Position numbers and translations under genes: made by a program | Assembly: GCA_963675755.2 (NCBI GenBank) | Contig: CAXXMD010000003.1 | Location: 480,001 to 544,000 of the forward strand | Length of the DNA: 64,000 nt | From: a bacterium | Lineage (GTDB): Bacteria; Zhuqueibacterota; Zhuqueibacteria; Residuimicrobiales; Krinioviventaceae | Direction of reading: 5' to 3' | Notes under the pieces: generated by a model | Databases searched by the model: none | What the model saw: only the letters and a program-made list of their open reading frames with translations | Told to the model about the DNA's origin: nothing | Shown: one piece after another, positions 20,357-30,105 of the stretch | How positions within the stretch are numbered: position 1 is the first letter of the stretch | Layout: each line of letters begins with the position of its first letter

Positions 20357-23226
20357 TATACAGCATCCCCCGAGGTAAAATTCTGTGCAAGATACAGATC
20401 TTTGCGTGTAATGTCCGGCATGTATTGCAGTTTGCTTTTTTGCTCTGCCAACGAGAATCCCTGTTCATTGAGCTTGCTGGCAATCTCGATCAAACTCTCG
20501 GCAAACGCATCGAAAAGGTCCTGCTTTGTTTTCTGTTTTGATCTGGCGGTAATATATTCCAGCAGTTCTTTTTTTTCTTTTTTCAAAACCTGGTAAAACC
20601 ATGATGAAACAGCATCCTGTTTTTCCGGTTCTTCAAGCAAATGATAAAACTGTTCATAGATAATCAACTGCTCTTTTTCAAACTGCCCTGTCTTGAAATC
20701 AAAAATATAATTCACTTCGTCGTCAGGATCAAAAATACGCAAATCCGCGCGTCCCCTGAACTGAAAGTCCAATTCCAGCACATTCTGCTCTGCCGGTAAA
20801 AATGTTTTATATCGTCTTTCCGCGGCGGTTCCTTCTTCCTCTTCGGGCATAATAACCAGCGACTTGCCAAACAGTCCTTGTTCAGTCAGCAGATCAAAAA
20901 AGCCAAGAAGCCCGTCTGCCAGGTTGGGTGCGGTAATATATTCAAAATATGAAAAGGTGTAATCATGCAATATACTGTAATAATACTTTGACCAGCGTAC
21001 CACATTCTGAATGGCCCGCATAACCAGCTCACGTTCAATGGGAGCATCAAAGGCAAAGACATCATCACTTTGCGGATGCATCAGCCGCCAGCATTCTGTG
21101 GCTACATCGTGGGCAATGTTTCCGATTAATCGGGCAGAAAAGTCCCGCTCAACAGTTTTGGGCTTTTCATCGATACGACAAAAACTGCGTACAAAATAAA
21201 GGAATGGATTCGTTTTCAAATCACGAAATGAGGTATAAGAAAGTCGAATTCGGCTGTCAGGATAATCTGTTTTTACATCCAGGGGGATACGGTAAAATTC
21301 CGGCGAGTAGATCTTTTTCCTGTCCACTTTATAATCCGCACAATCCAGTATCGTATCATATACAGGTTTATAATTATAACCTTGATCTTTAGTGTATTGC
21401 AAGACAGTAGCATCAAAATTTAGCATCAGTTCTTCTACAAATGAACTGACCTGCACATTATTTTCGATATTTTTCTGAGTATAAAGATATACATTTTTAC
21501 TGGCCAGCACCATACGATAAAAATAATACTGTTCTCTCAAACGGATATCATCATAAATTTTCAAGCCCATGTGCTTACGCTGCTGGTCTGTAAAAAGAAA
21601 TGGAGACAACCGCTGTGAAGGGATTTTACCCTCCATTACGTTCAACACCGCAACCGATTCATAAGCAATATTTCGGGTATCATTCAGGTTGGTGATCTCT
21701 ATTCTTGACCCACCGGGCTCTGTATTCCATTGCCAGGTTTTGGCTTTCATATAATCAAGAATAATCCTGAGCAGGCCCGCACCGGTTTTATATGTCATTA
21801 GATTCGGATTCTGAACATTTAAATAGGTATCCCAATCGGTCACAATACCAATAGATTCTATGGATTCCAAATCCGCAAGGAGTCGATAAAACACATCCAG
21901 TATTGTTGAATGCTCTTTTTCATGCCGGCTCACAATCTGCTTGATTCGAATACCGGCTTCGCTGTCTATAAAGTCTATCCACTCGGTAAGCGATTTCAAA
22001 CGGGCCATTTTTTCAAGCAATACAACAAGCGTATTGCTCAAGGCCAGCACCTGTTCATCCTTAACAAACGTATTCAGTTCTGTATCCATATCCAGATATT
22101 TGTATTCACGGTCAAGCAAGCCGTACAATACATTTAGTATATGTTCACGATTGCTGTCACCGGACGATGGTACAAAATAGTCTACAAATCCGGGTACCAA
22201 TACAGCAGACAATATAGAATCTACAGGCAGCAGATATTTTTTCTGTTTTTCCTCATAGATAATGGAATTGAGAGCCGTATACAATGCGGTAAAAAACCGG
22301 TATATTGAAGATTGAGTGAACGAGACCGACTCGCCGAGGTTAAATTTTTCCGGAGAAACCATTGCAGAATAGGGATTGCGGTTAAATGCAGGATCAATGA
22401 TTTGCTTTATCTTTTGAGAATCCAATGTACGAGACATTGAGAGTATCATTGAAAAATCATTGGCGCACTCGGTGATATTTATATTTTCAACGGCAAATGC
22501 TTCTGTCAGATCATGCAGACCAAAAGGTTGAATATTCAACGATTCCTGATCCAACAGTTTTTCAGGCAATTGATAATACAGTACAACCTGCTTGTCCAAC
22601 TGTTCCAACTGCTTGATAATATTTTTTTCCAAATTGGTATAATAAAACTGGTTGGCAAAAACAAATCGATCATATTTTTCTAGAAATCCGGAATCAGGGT
22701 TGTCAGTATTGCGCACAAAGATCAGATCATCAAAACCTTTTTCAGTGATAAAGGCTTTGTAACGGGCTTTGATCTCTAATAATCGGTTAAAATTCTCAAT
22801 CTGCCAATCCAGAATATCAACCAGATTTCCATCAATCAACGTGTCTAAAATTTTGTCCGGTACACACTCGTCATTAAATTCTTCCCAAAGGGTAAAAAAC
22901 TGGTGCGCCAGTTCTATAGCCTGAAAATAAGAATGGACCCTGAAAACTTTTTTATCTTCTGTAGAAAGCACCGCGTAAAACGCGAGTGTTCGTTTCTCTT
23001 CGCGCAGCAGACTTTTTTGTGTTAGATAGAGCAGGCCTTTAAGTTCTTCAATGGTAAGAAACCGGGTATCGCTAAAATCCCACTGCTGTTGAAAAATTCT
23101 GAGTGCCTTTTTTTTACTGTTTTCATTGGGAAAGACAAAAACAGTCCCATCAAAAGGCTCTTTTTCCAGCAGATGTGTAATAACATCTGTTGAAAAGTCA
23201 CAAAACTCGAATTCTTTTATAGACAT
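20356..23226 (-). CDS. addB: AddB-like subunit with C-terminal PD-(D/E)XK nuclease
   Basis: Inactive helicase-like body (FVFPN..., VLNVMEGKIP, YYFYR) plus G..AH...RGRADLR...IFDFKTG; stop overlaps the addA start. Confidence 0.8.
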   Translation of the reverse strand: MSIKEFEFCDFSTDVITHLLEKEPFDGTVFVFPNENSKKKALRIFQQQWDFSDTRFLTIEELKGLLYLTQKSLLREEKRTLAFYAVLSTEDKKVFRVHSYFQAIELAHQFFTLWEEFNDECVPDKILDTLIDGNLVDILDWQIENFNRLLEIKARYKAFITEKGFDDLIFVRNTDNPDSGFLEKYDRFVFANQFYYTNLEKNIIKQLEQLDKQVVLYYQLPEKLLDQESLNIQPFGLHDLTEAFAVENINITECANDFSMILSMSRTLDSQKIKQIIDPAFNRNPYSAMVSPEKFNLGESVSFTQSSIYRFFTALYTALNSIIYEEKQKKYLLPVDSILSAVLVPGFVDYFVPSSGDSNREHILNVLYGLLDREYKYLDMDTELNTFVKDEQVLALSNTLVVLLEKMARLKSLTEWIDFIDSEAGIRIKQIVSRHEKEHSTILDVFYRLLADLESIESIGIVTDWDTYLNVQNPNLMTYKTGAGLLRIILDYMKAKTWQWNTEPGGSRIEITNLNDTRNIAYESVAVLNVMEGKIPSQRLSPFLFTDQQRKHMGLKIYDDIRLREQYYFYRMVLASKNVYLYTQKNIENNVQVSSFVEELMLNFDATVLQYTKDQGYNYKPVYDTILDCADYKVDRKKIYSPEFYRIPLDVKTDYPDSRIRLSYTSFRDLKTNPFLYFVRSFCRIDEKPKTVERDFSARLIGNIAHDVATECWRLMHPQSDDVFAFDAPIERELVMRAIQNVVRWSKYYYSILHDYTFSYFEYITAPNLADGLLGFFDLLTEQGLFGKSLVIMPEEEEGTAAERRYKTFLPAEQNVLELDFQFRGRADLRIFDPDDEVNYIFDFKTGQFEKEQLIIYEQFYHLLEEPEKQDAVSSWFYQVLKKEKKELLEYITARSKQKTKQDLFDAFAESLIEIASKLNEQGFSLAEQKSKLQYMPDITRKDLYLAQNFTSGDAV

Positions 23227-23313
23227 GGAATAATCCGGATTAGAAAATAAACGTCATAAAATATAAAATATTTCAGCATCAAAACAAAAGATTTATCATC
23301 AAAAAAGACTAAA

Positions 23314-24504
23314 TCAATCCATCATTTTCCTCATAACATCACCCAGTTTGCTGATACCTGCCTCAATCTGTTCAGGATTTGCGTTAGAATAATTCAGTCG
23401 AAAACTGTTTTTTCCACCGCCATCCACATAAAACGGATCACCCGGAACAAAAGCAACCTTTTGTTCTATGGCAAGATCAAACAATTCCATTGATGATATA
23501 TGCTCCGGCATGGTCACCCAGATAAACATGCCCCCCTCGGGACGGGTGAATTGGATATCCTTTGGAAAGTATTTTTCAATCATCTTGACCATTGCATCCC
23601 GCTGTACGCCATAGGCCTCTTTAATATTCGCCATATGTGCATCAATATTACCCCGGGTATAAAAATGATGCACTATTCGTTGCCCAAAATAGTTCGTGTG
23701 CAAATCGCTGCCTTGTTTGGCAACAATCAATTTTTCCATAATCGGCAGATCAGCACATACCCAGCCCAATCGGAATGAGGGTACAACCGTCTTTGAAAAA
23801 GAACCCAGCAGTATGGATTGGTTCCCCACCTGTGTTTTTATGGGAGGGATATCCTCTCCCATAAAGCGCAATGCCCCGTATGGGTTATCTTCAACCAGCA
23901 GGGTTTGTGTTGTATTTAAAACCTTTGCAACCTCTTCACGCACCTTTGCAGAATAGGTAACGCCTGAAGGATTCTGAAAGTTGGGCACACTGTAATACAG
24001 CTTGACCGGCTTTTCAAATGCCCGCCTGAATGCATCCAGATCCGGTCCCTCGTCCGTTAACGGGACAGTAACAAACTCGGGTTGATAAAGAGATAACGCC
24101 TGTATAGCACCCAGATAACCGGGACTTTCAATCAGCACACGGTCACCGGGTTCGATCAAAACTTTAGCCAAAAGATCCAGACCTTGTTGCGAGCCATTTG
24201 TAACAAGAATATTTTCCGCACCAACATCCAGGTTGTATTGATCACGGTACTGCTGCGCAATCATCTCGCGCAAGGGAGCAAAACCTTCGGTTGTGCTGTA
24301 TTGTAAAACCGAACGGCCTTCTTCTTCAAGCAGGTCGTTACAAGCCTTTTGAATATCGGCAACGGGAAACAACTCGGGATTCGGTAAACCACCGGCAAAT
24401 GAAATGATTTCAGAATCAGCAGCAACCTTGAGGATCTCACGAATAAAAGATTTTTGGACACGTGTAACGCGTTCAGCAAACAGCCCATTAAATTCGGTCA
24501 ACAT
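23314..24504 (-). CDS. PLP-dependent class I aminotransferase (LysN/AvtA-like)
   Basis: ISFAGGLP, TNGSQQGLD, PNFQNPSG, EDNPYG, GSFSKT..P..RLGW. Confidence 0.92.
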   Translation of the reverse strand: MLTEFNGLFAERVTRVQKSFIREILKVAADSEIISFAGGLPNPELFPVADIQKACNDLLEEEGRSVLQYSTTEGFAPLREMIAQQYRDQYNLDVGAENILVTNGSQQGLDLLAKVLIEPGDRVLIESPGYLGAIQALSLYQPEFVTVPLTDEGPDLDAFRRAFEKPVKLYYSVPNFQNPSGVTYSAKVREEVAKVLNTTQTLLVEDNPYGALRFMGEDIPPIKTQVGNQSILLGSFSKTVVPSFRLGWVCADLPIMEKLIVAKQGSDLHTNYFGQRIVHHFYTRGNIDAHMANIKEAYGVQRDAMVKMIEKYFPKDIQFTRPEGGMFIWVTMPEHISSMELFDLAIEQKVAFVPGDPFYVDGGGKNSFRLNYSNANPEQIEAGISKLGDVMRKMMD

Positions 24505-24516
24505 AAATTTCCCTCT

Positions 24517-25509
24517 TTAAAAACCCAATATAAATTCAATTTTATTGATCTCATCTTCAGTCAATTCAGACTTTTCAAGCATTTTCAGGTTATCATCCAA
24601 CTGCTCAACACTGCTTGCCCCAATCAGAACAGATGTAACCCGTTTATCACGCAGCACCCACGCCAAAGCCATTTGGGCAAGACTCTGTCCGCGACCCTGT
24701 GCCATCTCATTCAATGCGGTGATCTGTCTTTTCACGCTTTCATCCAAAGCGCTCTCATTCAGGAAACCATGCGGTTTGGCAATTCTGGAATCAGAAGGAA
24801 CACCGTCAAGATAGCGGTTTGTCAGCAACCCCTGGGCGAGCGGTGAGTAGGCAATACACCCCACACCATTTTGTTCAAGTGTATCCAGCAAACCCTCTTC
24901 GCACCAGCGTTCATACATGGAATAGCGCACCTGATGGATTAAACAATGCCTGCCCAACTCGTCCAGAATTTTTAAAGCATTTGCTGTCTGGTCCGGACGA
25001 TAATTGGAAATGCCCACATACAGAGCCTTACCTTGGCGAACAATCAGGTCCAGTGCTTCCATGGTTTCTTCAAGCGGGGTTTCCGGATCAAATCGGTGTG
25101 AATAAAATATATCTACGTAATCCAGCCCCATACGTTTCAAACTTTGATCAAGACTGGCTACCAGGTATTTTTTAGAACCAAAATCTCCATAAGGTCCGTC
25201 CCACATGGTATAACCGGCTTTGGTTGAAATGATCATCTCGTCACGATAGGGTGCAAAATCTGTTTTCATCATCTTGCCAAACATTTCTTCTGCTGATCCC
25301 GGAGGAGGCCCATAATTATTGGCCAAATCAAAATGAGTAATTCCGGCATCAAAAGCACGTCTAAGCATGGCTCTGCCATTTTCATATACATCTACACCAC
25401 CAAAATTGTGCCACAGCCCCAATGAAATTGCGGGCAAATCGAGTCCGCTAGCCCCACAGCGATTATATGTCATATCTGAATATCGGGTATTAGAAGCCTG
25501 ATAAACCAT
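24517..25509 (-). CDS. gpr: L-glyceraldehyde 3-phosphate reductase (aldo/keto reductase)
   Basis: LPAISLGLWHNFG, GITHFDLANNYGPPPGSAE, STKAGY.MW.GPYG, LDQSLKRMGLDYVDIFYSHR. Confidence 0.9.
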   Translation of the reverse strand: MVYQASNTRYSDMTYNRCGASGLDLPAISLGLWHNFGGVDVYENGRAMLRRAFDAGITHFDLANNYGPPPGSAEEMFGKMMKTDFAPYRDEMIISTKAGYTMWDGPYGDFGSKKYLVASLDQSLKRMGLDYVDIFYSHRFDPETPLEETMEALDLIVRQGKALYVGISNYRPDQTANALKILDELGRHCLIHQVRYSMYERWCEEGLLDTLEQNGVGCIAYSPLAQGLLTNRYLDGVPSDSRIAKPHGFLNESALDESVKRQITALNEMAQGRGQSLAQMALAWVLRDKRVTSVLIGASSVEQLDDNLKMLEKSELTEDEINKIEFILGF

Positions 25510-25620
25510 AATTGATCCTTTCTTTTTTATATGATTGAAAAATACGGTTTTGTTCTTTATTAATCAACTGATATTGTAAGAAAGGAATAGCAAATCAAAC
25601 CAGCATCACCATTTATTTTT

Positions 25621-26457
25621 TCAATTAGGCAATGGTGGTAAAAGCCGCGAACGCTTTACATAGTATCTCACCAGGAGTAACACCCATATCAAGCATACAA
25701 CAATCGTAATTAGCGAAGCCTCAGGACCAAAATCCCCTCCGGTCAACCAGGCAGGCCCAACAAGATTACTTTTTATAAAGGGTGTTAGTTTATCATTACC
25801 TGAAATCGCAACGCCATAAAAATTCTGACTAAAATTCCAGAACAGATGAAAAGAAATTGGCAGCCACAGTCTGCCCGTGGTAGAATACATTAATCCAAAT
25901 ATTAAACTCCCAAGCGCAGCAGAAAGCAACCCTGGTAATGATGTGTTTGCATTAAAAATATGAGCAGCCATAAACAATATACTGGTAATCCCTAATGCCC
26001 ACCAAATCCCCAGTTCAGTTTCAAGAATCCGATAAAGTATCCCTCTGAACAGTAATTCCTCAATCACACTCAACAGCATAAAGAAAACCAGAGATGTCCC
26101 CAGAACGGATATTGAATAAAAATCCTGAATTGAATACGCACCCAAACCCCACAGTAATCCTATAATCAAGGATATGCTGCCAAATCCAATCAAACCTCCC
26201 GTTATAAACGCTTTGGAAAAAAATGACAAATCCAACTCGTCAACATTTCGTTTTTCGGTTTTACGAACAAAATAATAATAGGCCCCCAACAATGTTATGG
26301 TCGTAAATACAGCTTTGATTGTTTTTTCAGTTATCCCCTCGAATCCCAAAACATGCTGGAGTATATAACCTACGAAAAACTTAATCAACAAGGCAGCCCC
26401 TAAAATCCAGATACATCCCCCTACAATGCGCAACAATATGAAACCTGCTTTTTTCAT
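25621..26457 (-). CDS. CPBP (CAAX/Abi) family intramembrane metalloprotease
   Basis: EELLFRG, F...H, H..WN motifs; LTGGDFGPEASL. Confidence 0.9.
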   Translation of the reverse strand: MKKAGFILLRIVGGCIWILGAALLIKFFVGYILQHVLGFEGITEKTIKAVFTTITLLGAYYYFVRKTEKRNVDELDLSFFSKAFITGGLIGFGSISLIIGLLWGLGAYSIQDFYSISVLGTSLVFFMLLSVIEELLFRGILYRILETELGIWWALGITSILFMAAHIFNANTSLPGLLSAALGSLIFGLMYSTTGRLWLPISFHLFWNFSQNFYGVAISGNDKLTPFIKSNLVGPAWLTGGDFGPEASLITIVVCLIWVLLLVRYYVKRSRLLPPLPN

Positions 26458-26694
26458 AACATCTCCTATAATTGTGTGTACGCATTAAATCTAAATATCA
26501 AAATAACTACCAACAATAGGCCTATTGTCTCATTTTCACCTATTCTCTTCAATATGCGCAGGATTGCCTTAATTCACAATTTTTAGTTGATATTCTACAG
26601 GCAAAAGATTAACTTTATCTGCAAAACGGCCCAATTTCATTATATATCTTTTATAAATGATTAAACCTAATCTATTGATTTTATTAACGCACTC

Positions 26695-28032
26695 TTGGAG
26701 GGCGACTTTATAAAAAAAAATATTACAGAAAAAATTTCATTTTTCATGTTCATCATCTCTCTTTTGTGTATGGCTTATGGTTATGGATACCTGACTCACG
26801 AATTAAAATTATTCCCGTATTATCAGATAAAGAATGCAAACAGATTCAGAGTTGAATTTATAGCCAAGCTCAAAGGACAAAAACAGTGGTTTTATCAACC
26901 CACAAAATATAACCAAAATGTCCCTGTTTATGAGCATATTGCCGCATACAATGCACCTACCATGTTTTCCTGCATAGGTAAAGATAAACATTTATATATA
27001 AAAATTGTCAATATGGATGGGAGCCTTGTGCACCAATGGAAAACCGACTGGTTTGATCTCTGGCCCAAAGATGCTAAAATACATAAACGTTTTGTCCCCA
27101 AAAAACGACCCGGTACAAACATTCACGGTTTAGAGATTATGGACAATGGCGATATAATTTTTATATTTGAAGATATTGGTATGGTATGTCTGGATGTATG
27201 TGGAAATTTAAAATGGCATATCAACTACTCGTTCCACCATTCCCTGCATCGTGATGATGAAGGTAATTTTTGGGTTAGTGGAAACATCTGGCATGAATCC
27301 GGTATCAAAAACTATTCATATTTAAATCCCGTTGTATTAGAACCAACTGTGGTCAAGGTGTCTCCGAATGGCAAGATCCTCTCAGAAACTTCAGTGTTTG
27401 ACATTCTACGCCATAACGAGCTTGAATCTTTTTTGATCATGCAAACCAAAGCCAATATTACTCCGCAAAACTCGGGGGATATACTGCACCTGAACGATGT
27501 TGAACCCTTTCCTACATCTATGGAACCCGGATTTTTTGGCCCCGACGATGTAATGATCTCGATACGAAACATGAACACCGTGCTGGTCTATAACCAGGAA
27601 ACACTGGAAGTTAAATATCAACGTACGGGCAAGTTCATTAGACAACATGATCCGGACTTTATTGACGGCAACACAATATCCTTGTATGACAATAACAATT
27701 TGGATATAAAAAATGACTCGGTACAAAGCAGAATCGTCATGTTCCATCTGCCGGAAGACCGGGCACAGGTTATCTATAGCGGCAGCAAAGAGGAACCTTT
27801 TTTCTCTAAAATCATGGGCAAGCATCAATGGCTTCCAAATGAAAATCTGCTAATTACAGATTCGCTATCCGGGCGTGTATTTGAAATCGACAAATCGGGT
27901 AAAATTGTCTGGGAATATTTTAATATTGTAGAAAAAGGGTATACAGGTATTATAGGCGAAGCAAAACGTATTTCTCCGGATTTTAATAAAGCGTTTTTTG
28001 AAAAAAGAAAAAGTGACTGCGCAGACAACTAA
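26695..28032 (+). CDS. Arylsulfotransferase (ASST) family protein, N-terminally membrane anchored
   Basis: HHSL, DILHLNDVE, SIRN.N, RQHDPD, YDNN, MGKHQWLPNENLLIT...GRVFEI...VWEY beta-propeller motifs. Start uncertain (26695 TTG, 26710 ATA or 26746 ATG). Confidence 0.82.
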   Translation: MEGDFIKKNITEKISFFMFIISLLCMAYGYGYLTHELKLFPYYQIKNANRFRVEFIAKLKGQKQWFYQPTKYNQNVPVYEHIAAYNAPTMFSCIGKDKHLYIKIVNMDGSLVHQWKTDWFDLWPKDAKIHKRFVPKKRPGTNIHGLEIMDNGDIIFIFEDIGMVCLDVCGNLKWHINYSFHHSLHRDDEGNFWVSGNIWHESGIKNYSYLNPVVLEPTVVKVSPNGKILSETSVFDILRHNELESFLIMQTKANITPQNSGDILHLNDVEPFPTSMEPGFFGPDDVMISIRNMNTVLVYNQETLEVKYQRTGKFIRQHDPDFIDGNTISLYDNNNLDIKNDSVQSRIVMFHLPEDRAQVIYSGSKEEPFFSKIMGKHQWLPNENLLITDSLSGRVFEIDKSGKIVWEYFNIVEKGYTGIIGEAKRISPDFNKAFFEKRKSDCADN

Positions 28033-28047
28033 CAACAAGGATCGGTC

Positions 28048-29364
28048 TTGAAAAATTTTAAAGAAAACCTCCCCAAATACATGTTCATGTTCTCAATTGT
28101 CTTTATGGCTTTTATTTATGGCTATATATGCAAAGAATTAAACCTGTTTCCATCAAAGCAGATACAAAGTGCAAATGCCTTTCGAGTATCATTAATGCAG
28201 CAATTTGCCGGAGAAAAACAATGGTATTACCAACCCACTGAGGAGAAACTAAACGTACCCATTTACAATAAAGACATGGCGTTTAATGGTTCTACCATAT
28301 TTTCCTGTGTTGGCGAAGACAATTATTTATTTGTAAAAATTGTTGATATGGACGGCAGCCTGATCCACCAATGGAAAATCGACTGGTTCGAGATTTGGCC
28401 GGATTGTGAGCATGTGCCCGAATCAGATAAACCAAAATCAAGACCCGGCACTCAAATCCAGGGAATCACATTATTAGACAATGGAGATCTGGTATTCAAC
28501 TTTTCCGGATTGGGGCTGGTACGCATGGATCCATGCGGTAAAGTTGTGTGGCGTCTTGCACATCGCACCCACCATTCAATCCATCAGGATGAGCAGGGAA
28601 ACCTGTGGGTTCCCAGAGATATTTTCCATCAATCCAAAGTTGCGGATTATCCATTCCTAAAACCAATATTTTTAGAGCCAACCATCCTGAAAATATCGCC
28701 AGAGGGTAAAGTACTCAAAGAAATTTCCATGTTAGACGTACTGGTAAGGAACAATTACAACAGTTTGTTAGTTATGTCTACCAAAGCCCGTACCGATGTA
28801 AGAACATCCGGCGATATATTACACCTGAACGATGTGGAAACATTTCCGGATTCTTTGAAAGAAGGCTTTTTCACTAAAGGAGACATTCTGGTCTCTCTGC
28901 GCAACATAAATACGGTCCTAGTATTCAATGAAGCAGACCTGAAAATAAAGTATATTAAAATCGGTGATCTAGTTAGACAGCATGATGCGGATTTTATTGA
29001 TGGCAATACGATCTCGGTTTATGATAACAACAATATTGCTCAAAAAGATAAATTCATGTACAGCAATATTACAATACTCGATGCGGTAACCAACCAAACC
29101 CGTATCTATTACAAAGGCACACCGGAAGCACCTTTTTTCTCCAACTTGATGGGCCGTCATCAATGGTTACCCAATGGCAACATGTTAATCACAGAATCTT
29201 CAACTGGTCGAGCTTTTGAGATTAATGATACTGGCAAAATCGTATGGGAATATATTAATATTGTTGAAAAAGGATATGTGGGCATTATGGAAGAAGCCAT
29301 ACGCATCTCCCCTGTTTTTAATCGGGACTTTTTTAAAAAGAAAATTGCTGAATGTGCTGATTAA
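28048..29364 (+). CDS. Arylsulfotransferase (ASST) family protein, tandem paralog
   Basis: Same motifs (THHSI, DILHLNDVE, RQHDAD, MGRHQWLPNGN); colinear with the upstream copy. Confidence 0.82.
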   Translation: MKNFKENLPKYMFMFSIVFMAFIYGYICKELNLFPSKQIQSANAFRVSLMQQFAGEKQWYYQPTEEKLNVPIYNKDMAFNGSTIFSCVGEDNYLFVKIVDMDGSLIHQWKIDWFEIWPDCEHVPESDKPKSRPGTQIQGITLLDNGDLVFNFSGLGLVRMDPCGKVVWRLAHRTHHSIHQDEQGNLWVPRDIFHQSKVADYPFLKPIFLEPTILKISPEGKVLKEISMLDVLVRNNYNSLLVMSTKARTDVRTSGDILHLNDVETFPDSLKEGFFTKGDILVSLRNINTVLVFNEADLKIKYIKIGDLVRQHDADFIDGNTISVYDNNNIAQKDKFMYSNITILDAVTNQTRIYYKGTPEAPFFSNLMGRHQWLPNGNMLITESSTGRAFEINDTGKIVWEYINIVEKGYVGIMEEAIRISPVFNRDFFKKKIAECAD

Positions 29365-29488
29365 TGAATTGTCCAAAATGATTCCAGAATAATCATCACA
29401 GGAATGCAAACAATCAAAAAAATATGAAATAAATAATAAATTTTGTATATTTAATGTTATTACAATTGATATGTTTAGGAGTTACATC

Positions 29489-29725
29489 ATGAAAAATACA
29501 TCGAAAATATTATTGGTTTTCTCAGCCATTTTACTATTCCTGGGCCCCCAAAATGCTGCAGCATATATAGGCCCCGGAACCGGCTTGTCTGCAATTGGTG
29601 CGTTTCTTGCCTTTATTTTTGGAATCATAGTAGCCATTTTGGGGTTCTTGTGGTATCCCTTTAAAAGAATTTTCGGCAAAAAGAAATCTCAGGAACCAGA
29701 TGAAATTAAAGGTGAAAACGAATAA
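29489..29725 (+). CDS. Small exported single-TM protein with AYIGPG motif
   Basis: ATG 29489 after AGGAG; signal peptide ending NAAA, then YIGPGTG, a TM helix, WYP and a basic stop-transfer KRIFGKKK. Confidence 0.75.
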   Translation: MKNTSKILLVFSAILLFLGPQNAAAYIGPGTGLSAIGAFLAFIFGIIVAILGFLWYPFKRIFGKKKSQEPDEIKGENE

Positions 29726-30105
29726 TGACTATTGTAGGCGCTATCATTCTGGTTGTTGGATTTATTGCCATCATAAATATATTTGATCTTGTAGGAAAAA
29801 GCAAAAAAGTAATAGATGTGGCAAAGCTCTCTGCACATGTATTTCAAAATCCGGATATGAGTGATCTGGAAAAAGAAAAAGCCATGCAAAAGAATTCTCT
29901 CATTTTATTCAAATATTTTTTTATCATAGTGGCAATCTGTGCAATAGCCATTTTTGCTCCCCTGGGTATTATTTGGCTGATCCAATTGACGGGTGTAACA
30001 ACCGTTGAAAATGTACTCCACGAAACATTTTCATGGCAATTCATTGTAATCAGTTCTATCTTAATCATCGGCATAACCTGGTTGTTACGGAGAAAAAATG
30101 TCTGA
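29725..30105 (+). CDS. Small membrane protein (3 TM)
   Basis: Overlaps neighbours on both sides (translational coupling); hydrophobic helices around SDLEKEKAMQ. Confidence 0.75.
   Translation: MTIVGAIILVVGFIAIINIFDLVGKSKKVIDVAKLSAHVFQNPDMSDLEKEKAMQKNSLILFKYFFIIVAICAIAIFAPLGIIWLIQLTGVTTVENVLHETFSWQFIVISSILIIGITWLLRRKNV

Noticed and set aside
17015-23226. Helicase + nuclease pair as an anti-phage defence system
   Set aside because: Size, order, C-terminal RecB-type nucleases and housekeeping context fit AddAB recombination repair.
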